Source: an uncultured Nitrososphaerota archaeon (GTDB lineage Archaea; Thermoproteota; Nitrososphaeria; Nitrososphaerales; CADDZS01). Taken from it: a stretch of DNA of 64,000 nt. A model generated the notes under the pieces. That model saw only the letters and a program-made list of their open reading frames with translations, was not told the origin of the DNA and ran no database searches. The stretch lies in NCBI GenBank assembly GCA_963799845.1, contig CAWCYI010000004.1, positions 1,248,001-1,312,000 on the forward strand, given 5' to 3'. Positions 1-10,592 of this stretch are shown piece after piece (position 1 is the first letter of the stretch; each line of letters opens with the position of its first letter). A program made the position numbers and the translations under genes.

Positions 1-747
1 GAAAAGGCAATCCAACTGGATCCTTCCGTTCCTGAATCCCATCTAGCGCTCGGCCAGTTTCTCCTCTATCATAAATGGGATTTTCGAGGCGCAGAAATCG
101 AATACAGACGAGCCCTCGAACTTAGTCCCAGCCTGGTGGATGCTCATTTAGATCTCGCACATCTGCTCATGTGGAGTAGGAGATTTGACGAAGCCGTTTT
201 GGAAACCAAGCGCGCTTTGGAATTGGATCCGCTGTCGGCTTCTACCTGCACATGGGCAGGCACTTGGCTTTATTTTTCTCGCCAGTATGACGAAGCTATA
301 GAACTGTTCAAAAATGCTATCGAACTGGATCCGAACGCAGCTTTAGCCCATGAGAATCTGGGCTGTGTATACGTCATGAAGGGAATGATTGAGAAAGGAA
401 TTTCTGAAATCAAAATAGCGATAGAAATGTCTGGTGGGATTGATGTGACACAAAAGAACGATCTTGCCTACGCCTATGCCAAAGCTGGGAAAATCGATGA
501 AGTGAAGAACATTCTTACCGACTTGCTTAGGATGAGGGAACAAGGTTACAGGGAGGAAGCAGCGATTGCTGGAGTTTACGCGACTTTAGGTGAAAATGAC
601 AAAGCGCTCGAGTGGCTGCAGAGGGCTTACGATCAACATCTTAGTTATATTCTCATTATCAACACCGATCCTACTTTCGAAGCCCTTCGTCCAGATCCCA
701 GGTTTCAGGCTTTGTTGAAGAGAATTGGATTTCCCGATGCGGACTGA
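1..747 (+). CDS. TPR-repeat protein, C-terminal part (5' end outside window); resembles the TPR tail of TolB-like/adenylate cyclase fusions
   Basis: Frame is open from base 1 (EKAIQLDPSVPESHLALG...). Repeated ALELDP/AIELDP TPR motifs; tail DPTFEALRPDPRFQALLKRIG. Confidence 0.8.
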   Translation, partial: EKAIQLDPSVPESHLALGQFLLYHKWDFRGAEIEYRRALELSPSLVDAHLDLAHLLMWSRRFDEAVLETKRALELDPLSASTCTWAGTWLYFSRQYDEAIELFKNAIELDPNAALAHENLGCVYVMKGMIEKGISEIKIAIEMSGGIDVTQKNDLAYAYAKAGKIDEVKNILTDLLRMREQGYREEAAIAGVYATLGENDKALEWLQRAYDQHLSYILIINTDPTFEALRPDPRFQALLKRIGFPDAD

Positions 748-777
748 TTGGTTATCTGCTTTTTCCCAGTTAATTTT

Positions 778-840
778 TTCTACTCGCTTTTGCTCTCCAG
801 AGCAACTCGCAGTATAATCGAACAATATCACTAGTATCTG
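778..840. repeat. 63-bp dispersed repeat, copy 1
   Basis: TTCTACTCGCTTTTGCTCTCCAGAGCAACTCGCAGTATAATCGAACAATATCACTAGTATCTG; 58/63 identical to 5116-5178. Confidence 0.9.
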
Positions 841-906
841 CGCAAGCAAAGATCATGTAATATAGAAGTCACCCGAGAATTTTTATCCCGCTAGCACTAG
901 AAACTG

Positions 907-1255
907 GTGGCAGAACAGGGCACAAAATCGCGGATGGCACAAACAAAAGATCTCAAACTTCCCGAAGGAGGAGAGAAAACAGCTTATCGATTTCCCGATT
1001 GGCTACTTTTTCTAATCTCGGCGCTTGCAATTTTGTTTTCGCCATTCGGAATCGGGGTGATTGTTGTAGGGTTTCCTTTTGCGCAAAAACTTTCTATTTT
1101 CTGAGGCGCTTGAGGCAATTCTCTTCATCGTGGGAGTTATTCCGTTTTTTACTCTTCTGAGCAGAGGAAAGTACGCTCTTGCCATTCTCCTAGTGATTTT
1201 CGCAATTATTGACATAGGACTTCTCTTTTGGCTCTTCATTTCCATACTGCCGTAG
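907..1255 (+). CDS. Small multi-pass membrane protein, apparent +1 frameshift near 1070-1080
   Basis: Hydrophobic ORF 907-1104 continues in the next frame (LRKNFLFSEALEAILFIVGVIPFF...LFISILP*) to TAG at 1253-1255. Confidence 0.55.
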
Positions 1256-1360
1256 AGTTACCAAAGCCAACTACCCATCGATTATTGACAGCGAGAAGAT
1301 CCGGGCTTCGCCTTCGCAAATTAGACAGACCTACCTATGCAAAGTATCTGAAGTCTTCAG

Positions 1361-1390
1361 TAATTTGAAACGGAATTTCTTACTGACAGC
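1361..1390. repeat. Recurring short motif, possible IS end (TAATTTGAAACGGAATTTCTTACTGACAGC)
   Basis: First 19 nt identical at 4466-4484; GAATTTCTTACTG recurs at 5003-5015; TTATTGACAGC at 1282-1292. Confidence 0.55.
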
Positions 1391-1489
1391 CAGTGATCCG
1401 CGAACCCGGATAAACTTTCATCCCTGAACGGTTCTTATCCCTGACCGTTTAATAGCAAGCAGTTTGAGAATTACCACGATATCTCTGAA

Positions 1490-1747
1490 ATGAATGTCAA
1501 CTATCTTGGTGGAATTACTGCCGTCTTTGCTGGACTATTAATGGTCGCTTCATCAATTGCTTTGAATTATCTTCAAAATTGCTCGATTTCTAATCCCTGC
1601 CCAGTCGGTAGCTCTGTGATAATGGACTTGAATTACGTGGCGGGGTCGGTCATATTTTCTCTCGGATTATGGCAGATCGGGCATGAGCATAATCGTAGAA
1701 AATCATCGGAAATCGAACAACCGACAAAAAATGAGATTAGTCGTTAG
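1490..1747 (+). CDS. Small two-TM membrane protein with a Cys pair in the loop
   Basis: Two hydrophobic segments flank CSISNPC; charged C-terminal tail. Confidence 0.6.
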   Translation: MNVNYLGGITAVFAGLLMVASSIALNYLQNCSISNPCPVGSSVIMDLNYVAGSVIFSLGLWQIGHEHNRRKSSEIEQPTKNEISR

Positions 1748-2053
1748 AACTGACGAAACAAACCTTATCTGAATCCTACTCCCCTGATCATGAGCTGTTC
1801 TTAACACGAACATGAATTTGGCGTATGAGCTACTATCTTAACAAAACCAAATTTTTGGTTCTTTCAAGTCTTCGTCAGCTAGACGGTTTTTCGCCAAAGT
1901 CCACGCAAAAATCACGCTGTCAAAGACCGTCAGCTGACCTAAGTGAATCAACTAATGTATCACTGCGTTATATGAGGTAGCGTTAATTCGGATATCTCTA
2001 AAGCCCACAGAGTTTGCTACTACAGCGGTTATTCTGTAGTTGCAAGCAGACTC

Positions 2054-3044
2054 CTAACTTGCGTCTGTAGTCTGCCAAGCAGCGCCGGGATAACCGAAGT
2101 ATGTGAATTGCAGACTAGAGTCAAGGCCATAAAGCCCGGTGGGTAGGGGGAGAATAAATGGAGTCGGCAATGACTCGCCATCTGTCAAGTCCACAATGCG
2201 CGAAGGAGTATTAGTGCAGCTACCACTGTCTGCTACGTACAAATGCGGACTACCCGACGGATTGCGGTTGCTGACAGCTGATGCTGTCTAGCTGATCGCC
2301 GAATGAGGCAATTAACGAAAGACTATTCGCCGTCCCCTTCCAGACTTTGCCCGCGCAGCTAGACTCAATTATGTAGAACGTCGACCCATGGAGGAACAAT
2401 CCGGTAGGACTGTAACCCTTTAGAGCTGAGCTGGATGGCAGGTTAGAGCAGGACTGATAGCCGCTAGAAGACGTGCACTCTACGAAATTCGCAGTTATCG
2501 AGTCAACGTAGTACAGGTTTAATGACATATCCAATGCGGCTCCCATGGGAGAGCAGAGAGTAGCGCTCGGGCAGAAACTAGAGGGGAGGGTAATGAAAGC
2601 ACTCTTCCTGCCACAACCGGACGTAGTTGCATCCTTGCAAATCCACAGCCCCCGCAATAGTTCGCTCATAAGCGCAATTACTAACCCAGAAGTCTTCGTC
2701 CTAACCTCTCCCATCCCATAATAGCCTTCGCCAGCTCCACCTAAAGGAGCCCTAGCAACAGTCTTCGGAACTCCGCCCCCACAGAAGAGAATACTCCCCG
2801 TATCCCAGTCCTCTACGAATGCACCGCCTGGTGCAGGAAGTATTTCGCCTGCTGTGTCGGTATTTGAGATAGGGGCACAGATGGGGCGCACTCCGCTTGC
2901 GTTTGCCAGCGTAAGTGAAATACTACTTGTCGAAGTGGAAGCTGCAGTTGATACAGATAGCGATGTCGAGCCCAAAAGAAATACAATCAACAGTCCCGAT
3001 GCAAGTCCAACTTTTGAATACGAATGCATTGTCATGAGAATCAC
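2054..3044 (-). CDS. Secreted Cys-rich beta-propeller-like (NHL-like) protein, frameshift near 2280
   Basis: Signal peptide, then Ser/Thr linker, then repeats such as NLYYVDS and TFYIIES. Removing one base gives AVSNRNPSGSPHLYVADSG, joining ORF 2054-2242. Confidence 0.6.
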
Positions 3045-3077
3045 TTAATGGAATCGAACGGTTGCTTTTCCTTTCCG

Positions 3078-4235
3078 CTATGACGATATTACTGAAACGA
3101 TCCCGCTCACTTTTGTTAAGGGCGAGCCGACCTGACTCACGTACACATTCGAGCTAGCCAGACTGTAAGTCATTCCCTCCGGCGAAAAGGTACCCGAGCT
3201 CACCGTACTTAGAACAGCATTTGCTGAATTTAACACAAAGGCCGAAAATGAGTGCGTAGTCGAAGAATAGTTTGCGACATACAAGTCCTTATTTGATGTG
3301 TCGTAGGCTAGGACATTTGGCAGAGGGCCCACAGCTCCAGTGAAATCCTGAGAAATGGTGGCGACGATTTTGTTGTTTGTACCGATTGCGTAAAGATTTG
3401 GCGAACCCACAACGTACACTTCACTGTTTGCAGGATCGTAGAGCATAGATGATTGTGACCCGATTCCGTTGATAGTCGCGACTTGTTTGTTTGTAGCTCC
3501 GTCAACGACGTACAGATCATTCGCTTCAACGTATATGTTATGGTTTGCATTGTTGTATACCAAATCTTGGAGGGCGTTCGTGGAACTTGCTGGCGGTAGG
3601 AAATTTATCGTCGAGAGTACAGCGTTCGTAGACGTGCTGATAACTGAGACATTAGTCTCGCAAGCGACATACACATCCTTGTTGGAAGAGTCGTAGACTA
3701 ACGGCCCAGGTGAAAAAGCGGCACTCACGGTATCGACGACCTTGTTAGTCGCTCCGTCGATTATGGAGACCAGATTTGATCCGTAGCTCGTTACATAGAC
3801 ATCTTTGTCGGAGGGTGCATAGACCAGAAACCTTGAGCCTCCGAATCCACACACAGCTAGATTCGCGACAACTTTGATACCATTTAACACGGCGACTCCG
3901 CTATCTGTGGTCACATAGATTTCCTTGTTCGAAGGATCGTATATCAACGCCCTAGGGGACTGACCAACAAGAACTTTGGCAATCACCTTGTTTGTGATAC
4001 TGTCAATAACGAAGAGTTTTCCTCCCCCGCCGTCAATGGCAAGATAGACGTTCTTATTTGAAGGATTGTAGACCATCAGACCTGGATCGATTCCCACTGA
4101 AAGTTGGGTGACGACGTTGATGTTTGTCGATGCCGCAAAGGAAGTTGTTGCAAGACCGGGTATAGCCAAGAGTGCAAGCAGTGACAAAAATACAATAATT
4201 CTAGAATGGACTATTGAGAAAAGGAAGCGTATCAC
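3078..4235 (-). CDS. Secreted YVTN/YncE-type beta-propeller surface protein
   Basis: Signal peptide; about 7 repeats of type YDPSNKEIYVT / VSIIDGATNKVV. Confidence 0.9.
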   Translation of the reverse strand: MIRFLFSIVHSRIIVFLSLLALLAIPGLATTSFAASTNINVVTQLSVGIDPGLMVYNPSNKNVYLAIDGGGGKLFVIDSITNKVIAKVLVGQSPRALIYDPSNKEIYVTTDSGVAVLNGIKVVANLAVCGFGGSRFLVYAPSDKDVYVTSYGSNLVSIIDGATNKVVDTVSAAFSPGPLVYDSSNKDVYVACETNVSVISTSTNAVLSTINFLPPASSTNALQDLVYNNANHNIYVEANDLYVVDGATNKQVATINGIGSQSSMLYDPANSEVYVVGSPNLYAIGTNNKIVATISQDFTGAVGPLPNVLAYDTSNKDLYVANYSSTTHSFSAFVLNSANAVLSTVSSGTFSPEGMTYSLASSNVYVSQVGSPLTKVSGIVSVISS

Positions 4236-4490
4236 AGGGTGTAGTATCTATTATGGGTACTATTTGAGTCAGTAATATCGATTATCGATAGAGAAATCTT
4301 TCCCTTCTTGTAAGTCACTTAGAGAGTTATACTCCATTTCCAGCCTAGGAGTAAAAGTGGGGCCAACTATATCCGCGGTAAATTGGTGGGGGGGATTTAG
4401 TTGGCAGAGTCGAAATTGCCGCATGATACTGTTACAGGTAGAAGCAAATATGTCTAGTCTTTCGATAATTTGAAACGGAATTTCCTTGCT

Positions 4491-4625
4491 ACTTATCACA
4501 ATTTCATCCAAGAACATGAAGGGCTAGAATGCAAAACTCCGGCTGAAGCTTCGGGAATCAAAGTAGAAGGTCAAAACAAGTGGATTGCTTTGATTCAAAA
4601 CGCGAGAAAGGCAAAAGATCTCTAG
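4491..4625 (+). pseudogene. C-terminal remnant of an archaeal IS6-like DDE transposase
   Basis: Translates TYHNFIQEHEGLECKTPAEASGIKVEGQNKWIALIQNARKAKDL*, matching the YHNFIRPHxxLxGKTPAEAxGI..WxxLIQNA tail recalled for this family. No upstream core domain. Confidence 0.75.
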
Positions 4626-4684
4626 GGCTCTGATAGCTGGAAATGAACAAGGTGTAAATCTCGGATGCCCTGAAGAAAACAGCT

Positions 4685-4966
4685 ATGCCTCAAGAAAGGC
4701 TACACCCTGATTATTCTATGGCAACTGCTCTGATATTTTTTGGTGCGGTTATCCTTGGTTTTTTGCTTTTAATAGCTACAATCGGAGGAGTAAACGATTG
4801 TGGAAACTCTTGTCAAGGAGTTCTTGTGGATCTTTTTTCGAACGCGTTTGGCAACTATTATGACGCAGGATTATTGGTTCTATCCTTGATTCTTTTAACT
4901 GGAGGATTAATTTTAGCAATTCGAACACATCGATCACTCCATAAGAAACCTTTGCAGAAAACGTGA
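4685..4966 (+). CDS. Small two-TM membrane protein with a CxxxC loop
   Basis: Two hydrophobic helices flank NDCGNSCQG; basic tail. Confidence 0.6.
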   Translation: MPQERLHPDYSMATALIFFGAVILGFLLLIATIGGVNDCGNSCQGVLVDLFSNAFGNYYDAGLLVLSLILLTGGLILAIRTHRSLHKKPLQKT

Positions 4967-5115
4967 AGGAAACCTTAGCCGTGTTAGCCTAGTTAACAGT
5001 CAGAATTTCTTACTGGCGTCTTTAACTAAGTTACCGGAACCAAAATTAGCTTTCTTTAATTGTCATAACGTGAGTAACAATTCCGATTAGACACAGATAT
5101 TCTTTCCGAACAGCA

Positions 5116-5178
5116 TTCTACTCGCTTTATCTCTCCAGAGCAACTCGCTGTAGAATCGAACATTATCACTAGTATCTG
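5116..5178. repeat. 63-bp dispersed repeat, copy 2
   Basis: 58/63 identical to 778-840, same orientation. Confidence 0.9.
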
Positions 5179-5431
5179 AGCCTGAACTTCATTGTTTCGT
5201 GTCCAACGTACTACTTTGGTTTGGGTTTTGAGCTTACGAACAAATTCGAGAGAATATTCGCATCTATTATGGCACAGAAATTTTGGTTACGCTAAATTAA
5301 CCCAATCTTCTGGAAAATCGAGTTTCTCTTTCTAAAGACCGACAACGCTTTCTCTCAATTCGGGTTTGGATTTGTGAGAGAGCTCATCATGTTGTCTCTC
5401 TCCCAGCACGATGGCACTCCAGAATAACCCT

Positions 5432-5884
5432 CTAATCAATGATTGGCGGACAACTAGGGCGATCTTCAACCGTCGGAGCGACGCAGTAGGTGGAATTGTT
5501 GGTTATTACTACGCTATACCATTGGCAGGGCAAGTCATTCGAACAGTCCTCGATCTGACCGACAAAGGCTGTCACCTTGCCATTAGACCATTCCTCGATG
5601 GAGGGAGGAGGATTCGTTGATGCAACGCAGTCAATGCCCAGACCTGCATCTGGACAGATATCATTGAAATGCTCCGTCGTATTGCCGACGTAGTGCCACG
5701 CACTTCCGAATTGGATCTGATTGGAGTTGGTTACCAGCTTTTGAGTGGTGATAGACAAGTGCGTTTGATTTACAGACGAAGAATTTGATAACGCTAGATA
5801 GGTGAAGAACACCATTAGGAGAACCCCGATAACCGAGAGAGATAACAGCAATCTGAAAGAGCTGATTGCAACTCCCACGTTCAA
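5432..5884 (-). CDS. Membrane-anchored or secreted Cys-rich protein
   Basis: N-terminal TM segment and six Cys. The ATG at 5923 in the ORF track lies inside the IS630 inverted repeat, so TTG 5884 (after GGAG) is the more likely start. Confidence 0.6.
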   Translation of the reverse strand: MNVGVAISSFRLLLSLSVIGVLLMVFFTYLALSNSSSVNQTHLSITTQKLVTNSNQIQFGSAWHYVGNTTEHFNDICPDAGLGIDCVASTNPPPSIEEWSNGKVTAFVGQIEDCSNDLPCQWYSVVITNNSTYCVAPTVEDRPSCPPIID

Positions 5885-5910
5885 ACTTTCTCCTGCTGAT
5901 AGCTTTGCTA

Positions 5911-7034
5911 ACCTGGCCGACATAAATTATTAGACTGAAAGGGCCACAGACCTAGACATTCTCATTTTTGGCCAACTTCCCTTCCTATCTCAGGTTGTAT
6001 GTCTCGATTACAGGCACCGAAGGAGATTGTTGAAGAGGCTTATAGAGAGGAGAGGGACGCAAACGTAAGCAAGAGGATATTCCTCGTTCTGAAGGTCAAG
6101 TACGAGGGTGTCCCGGCGTCGCACGTAGCAAGGGAAGTTCACCGGCACAAATCATGGACGACACCGTGGCTTAGACGTTTCGAGAAAGATGGGCTAGAAG
6201 GACTCAAGACGATGGAAAGGAGCGGGAGACCTCCGAAGCTCGATCACAACAAGTTCATTGCGGTGAAGAGGAAGGTCGTGAAGAACGAATGCGGCTGGAC
6301 CGTGAAGGAGGTCAGGGAGATGATCCGCAAGGAAGCAGACGTGGCATACACTGAGAGACACATCTACAGGTTGATGCAGAAGTGGGGAGTGAGAGCAATT
6401 GTCCCTGACAAGAGGTTACTTCACAAGGCTTCCCTCGAAGAGAGGCTCGAATTTAAAAAAGGACCGCAAGACTCCTCAGGAATATCCCGGAAGGCTTCAC
6501 CGTAGCATCCGAAGACGAATCAATCTTCGTCCAGAACATAGAAACCAAAAGGGTGTGGGCGGTCAAAGGGATTCGACCGATTCGGATTGTGTCAGGCTCG
6601 CACGGCAACACCGTGGTGTTTGGAGCGATCAGCCTGGACGGGACACAAATCTTCAGGCAGTACGAGAAATTCAATGGCGAGACATTCCTCGACTACCTGA
6701 AGAAGGTGCACAGGAAGTTTGGATCACTCTATCTCTTCCTTGACAAAGCAAGGCAACACCACAAAACCAGGATCGTAACTGATTATTTGGGTAAGAACAG
6801 GAAGACTCTCAGAGTCAGATGGATCCCGACAGCTTCGCCAGAGTTCAACATGATGGAGGAGTGTTGGCGCGAGGGTGAGAAGGATCTCTCAAGGCTTCCA
6901 ACCTTTCCGACGTCATTGAAAGAACTGAAATCAATCCTGGCAGAATACTATCGAACGCGAAGGTTTTGCTCGCATCTTGACATGAAGAAATTCCTTCTGA
7001 CCAACAGGTGTCTATGAACTTATGTCGGCCAGGT
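5911..7034 (+). mobile_element. Complete IS630-family insertion sequence
   Basis: 25-bp terminal inverted repeats, with ACCTGGCCGACATAA perfect and 3 mismatches further in; TA duplication at 5909-5910 and 7035-7036. Confidence 0.95.
5999..7017 (+). CDS. IS630 transposase split in two frames (HTH orfA plus DDE orfB), -1 shift at TTTAAAAAAG 6452-6461
   Basis: orfA has HTH motifs (GRPPKL, WTVKEV). The -1 frame from 6460 reads ...SEDESIF..., LFLDKARQH, SPEFNMMEECW (DDE triad). Confidence 0.9.
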
Positions 7035-7378
7035 TAAATCAGCCCGTTTGAAGCAGCTTCAATCATCATTGGGTCTGGGATTTAGTAAGTCCCATCGCTC
7101 TTGACAATGAAACCAGAGTCGTGATCTTCGAAGTCACCCTCGCGATACATGGAATATCTATAATCAACGACCTAGTGTACTCTAATAACTTACCAAATTC
7201 GCTATCCAGCCATATTCTTACTCAGAAATCAGGTTAGGTTTTTCAGCATTTAATGGCTACGTGATTGAGCCATTAGAGAGAGAAGGACTATGGATATCCT
7301 CGAACGTGCACCTTTTCATGTGGATGACAGTCGGACTAAACTGATCGTTAGTGCTAAATTGCAGATTTGAGAATATGG

Positions 7379-8023
7379 TCAAGACCGCTCATACAGCTTG
7401 ACTACTAGCGGCTTTACTTTTCCTGCGTTAGTCTCGGCTTTGTCGCTTGGACAAGCTGAGATAGCGACTAAGCAATCCATTTCTGCAGCCATATCAATAT
7501 AATCAGATTTCGTTGCGATTGGCGGCTTGATTATCATGTTATTACCTTCAATCGCCACATTCATGAACACATTGAAAACGTCTGGGATATCATCCGGAGA
7601 AATATCGTATGGAGCTAAGACTTCATCCAGATTGGTTTGACAGCTTCTATGTGGAGGGACGGCGATCTTATCTCTCAATCCATATATCATTCGGCTGCAT
7701 CTTGCTCCGCTCCAAGCCAAGTGAACTTTCGTTGTGTCAGCGATCACACTAAAAAGAACATTCTCTCTCGATGGCTGAGAATAGAACTTTGTCAGATGCT
7801 TTAGGTCTCCTACTCCTTCTATTTGATTCAGGACAAGGCTCTGGCTAGCATTGAAGCGCTCCTTGTGATCATTAGCATTAAAAATCGCCACGTCACCGAC
7901 CTGATAACCTTCAACTTGACCAATTCGCATTACCTGATCTTTCCTTACAATGAATGCTTTTGCGAATCCCCCCGGAATCATTATTTCGCTAAATTGATCT
8001 TTCGGCAAGCCTTTCACAATCAC
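7379..8023 (-). CDS. Urea carboxylase-associated family protein (DUF1989)
   Basis: EGxQVGD, C-S-R, HRSCQTNL, FNVFMNV and DCLVAISACP motifs. Confidence 0.85.
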   Translation of the reverse strand: MIVKGLPKDQFSEIMIPGGFAKAFIVRKDQVMRIGQVEGYQVGDVAIFNANDHKERFNASQSLVLNQIEGVGDLKHLTKFYSQPSRENVLFSVIADTTKVHLAWSGARCSRMIYGLRDKIAVPPHRSCQTNLDEVLAPYDISPDDIPDVFNVFMNVAIEGNNMIIKPPIATKSDYIDMAAEMDCLVAISACPSDKAETNAGKVKPLVVKLYERS

Positions 8024-8379
8024 TACAGCGACAAGAACCTGGCTATAAGTAATTAACTTATTTACTTCTACAACTTATGATCTCTTGCGTCACGTCTGGA
8101 ATCACATAGATGGCCAAAGTAGTTTCATCAGTTGAATTGATGAGCATGGGAATTGAAAGGCGGAACTTTTACAGGTTTCTTTCTGTCGCAAGAAAAAAGC
8201 GCTGACATAAATTCTCGGAAATGTCTGCCGACGCTTCCAACGAAGCCTTCGATTAGTTTTTTGAAGGCTTTGATTTCCTAAAAAGAATTGAAACTTAGGC
8301 TAGTCAAGTTTGCAGAGTTGTCAGATGAATAATAAGATTGGCCGCTAACTTCTTCACCGAGTATGTATTTGATAGTATT

Positions 8380-9321
8380 TCAGAACTCGAAATTACCGTT
8401 CCGAACTAGGGCTCTTTCGTCAACAAGAAGTGAAGAGTTCCTGAGTGTAATATCGAGATGTATGGCAGAAGTTATTATGCCGTGGAATTGTTGATTGTCC
8501 CCTAGCCCTATATGGATCGAGCCACGAACACGCTCATCCTCTGAATTTCCTACGTTTAGAGCAAGTGGATTCATCCCTAGCCCTACCTCACCAATCTTAT
8601 TCCCATTTCGAAAATGAGTCACAAGTTCATTCAAAATTTCGGCAGATTCGCCTCCCTTAATTGTGTCTATGTTTCCATTACTAATATCTATCAGGGTTTT
8701 GGATCTTAAAAATCCAAAACCTAACAGCGTACCATTTGCAACGATCTTTCCATTGAGACTCGACTCTTCTGGAGCGATCGCAACTACTCCAGGTGGGAAA
8801 TAGTCAAGACTACCGGGTCGTGTCGCATCTGACGCTCCCAACACAGCTTTCCTTCCAATACATCTTCCCTCAAGGTAAGTTCCATCTTTCGAAGTAACGG
8901 TGATAGTATCAGCGCCTTCCAGTAATCTAGCTACTTTTTGCATTTCCCGGCCCAGTTCTCGAAAATCCAGGCCTGCATTACGAGCTAACGTCTCCGGTCG
9001 GATTCCCGACATGATCAACACCCGAGTACCTTGACTAATCGCATCTGCCCAAACCCTCTTAGGAAGTGATTTATTTTCACAAGAGATTATTGCATCGTAC
9101 TTATCTGGGGAGAAAACCTCAGAAACGTTGTAGTTGTCAAGCGACTTTGAATGAACTAGGATTTGGCTTCTAGCTCCCAACCGATTTGTTGCTTCCTGCA
9201 AATCATTCACTAATTGAAGATTCTGAAGATTGTCGGTTGAAATTAAGACTCTCTCTTTGGATGAAAGTCTCAAAGACTTTCTGAGAATTATCCTTGCTTC
9301 TCTCACCACATTTCCTGACAT
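8380..9321 (-). CDS. M29 (aminopeptidase T/AmpS)-like metallohydrolase
   Basis: IGEVGLGMNP, EDERVRGSIHIGLGDN and HLD motifs. Confidence 0.8.
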   Translation of the reverse strand: MSGNVVREARIILRKSLRLSSKERVLISTDNLQNLQLVNDLQEATNRLGARSQILVHSKSLDNYNVSEVFSPDKYDAIISCENKSLPKRVWADAISQGTRVLIMSGIRPETLARNAGLDFRELGREMQKVARLLEGADTITVTSKDGTYLEGRCIGRKAVLGASDATRPGSLDYFPPGVVAIAPEESSLNGKIVANGTLLGFGFLRSKTLIDISNGNIDTIKGGESAEILNELVTHFRNGNKIGEVGLGMNPLALNVGNSEDERVRGSIHIGLGDNQQFHGIITSAIHLDITLRNSSLLVDERALVRNGNFEF

Positions 9322-9464
9322 ATTTCTGTGGCCTCGATATTAATTAGAATACACAGAGAAAATAATTCGAGATTCGATCAGAGCTTATCGTTTGATAACA
9401 TAAAACTAGTACTAAAACTCTTATCGAAGTCTTGAATAGATCACCGAATCGTGCCTAACAATTT

Positions 9465-10592
9465 TCAAGCTGATCGAATATACGATTTGGGACAAGATAT
9501 ATTTCTCGGTATGCCAATTACCGAGCCAAACAGGCCAGGTTTCTTGTTTGCGGTTTCAACGATCGAGAAAACATATTTGCTTACAGGTTTAGTCTGTCCA
9601 TCACTAATTAGACATTCTCTGGCGCCGTTAGTCCTGATCAAGTTAACAGAAGAGTGTGTCAAGATGTTGTCAAACCATTCTCCTTCAGTATTTCCCAATC
9701 CAAAGTGCATCCCTCCTGATACTTTCTCGCAGTTCGACGTATTCGAGTCAAATCTTGCCCAGTCGTTAAACCCTATGGAGAATTCAGTCATAGCATTCAT
9801 TTCAAGCAGAGATTGCACTCGAGCTTCTCTTCTGGCATAATCAAGCATGATATCTAGGAACGTTCGATCTCCCGAGATCGATCGTGGCTTTCCATTCTCG
9901 AACGTGATTTTGAGAGGCTTGGGGGGAATTCCGAGCCCCGTTATTGCTCCATCGATCACAAGAGTTCCATTCAAAGAATTAGGAACGGGATTCCTTCCTC
10001 CTTCTCCCTCCGGAATCTGAATCACACCCGTATCTAGATTGTTCTGAAACTTGTAGCTGGGGCTGCGGTAGGTAGGACTACTTGATTGATCTAGCAAGAA
10101 CGTTACGTCAGTGCCAATGTCAGATTTCACTTCCACCTTTTCAACGTCTTTCAGCTTGTCTACTAGCCTTCTTCCTTTACTCTCCACCATCTCGTAATCT
10201 GCGAGAACACCTCCAATTTCGAAATAATCGAGTCGGGGTTCGTGCATTGTCAGGTACTTGCATTTTGACTTCTTTGCGACATTCCAAATATCGCCGTACA
10301 CTAAATGACTATCCTCGGGCATCCTTTCTATTATGTATAGGAATATGTCCGAATGTCTTATGCACTGTTCGAGGAATTTAGAAACTTTAGTAAATGGCCT
10401 AAGCCTCTTAGGAATGCACTGAACGTTTATGTCTTCGAGCCCCAGGTCGATCGAAGCAGAAACGAAATATTTTGCAACATCCAAGTACGCCTCGTCAGTC
10501 AATATTAATAACGATTCATCTTTTGTCGCATTCGCTGCCTCAGAAATGATCTTCCTAGCGCCCATGAGTCTAAGGTTCTCGAGAAGTGTCAC
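9465..10592 (-). CDS. M29 (aminopeptidase T)-like metallohydrolase, second paralog
   Basis: QIPEGE, NGTLVIDG, EFSIGFN and EKVSGGMHFGLGN motifs. Confidence 0.75.
   Translation of the reverse strand: MTLLENLRLMGARKIISEAANATKDESLLILTDEAYLDVAKYFVSASIDLGLEDINVQCIPKRLRPFTKVSKFLEQCIRHSDIFLYIIERMPEDSHLVYGDIWNVAKKSKCKYLTMHEPRLDYFEIGGVLADYEMVESKGRRLVDKLKDVEKVEVKSDIGTDVTFLLDQSSSPTYRSPSYKFQNNLDTGVIQIPEGEGGRNPVPNSLNGTLVIDGAITGLGIPPKPLKITFENGKPRSISGDRTFLDIMLDYARREARVQSLLEMNAMTEFSIGFNDWARFDSNTSNCEKVSGGMHFGLGNTEGEWFDNILTHSSVNLIRTNGARECLISDGQTKPVSKYVFSIVETANKKPGLFGSVIGIPRNISCPKSYIRSA

Noticed and set aside
750-5910. Integron cassette array
   Set aside because: Only isolated GTTAG-like words; no paired R''/R' attC hairpins and no tyrosine integrase in the window.
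5884-7080. IS630 interrupting the Cys-rich gene
   Set aside because: Rejoining the flanks gives an in-frame TGA a few codons upstream, so the IS lies upstream of the gene rather than inside it.
8030-8375. Guanidine riboswitch upstream of the DUF1989 gene
   Set aside because: AT-rich with no recognisable guanidine-I/II/III consensus by eye; an Rfam/Infernal scan would be needed.
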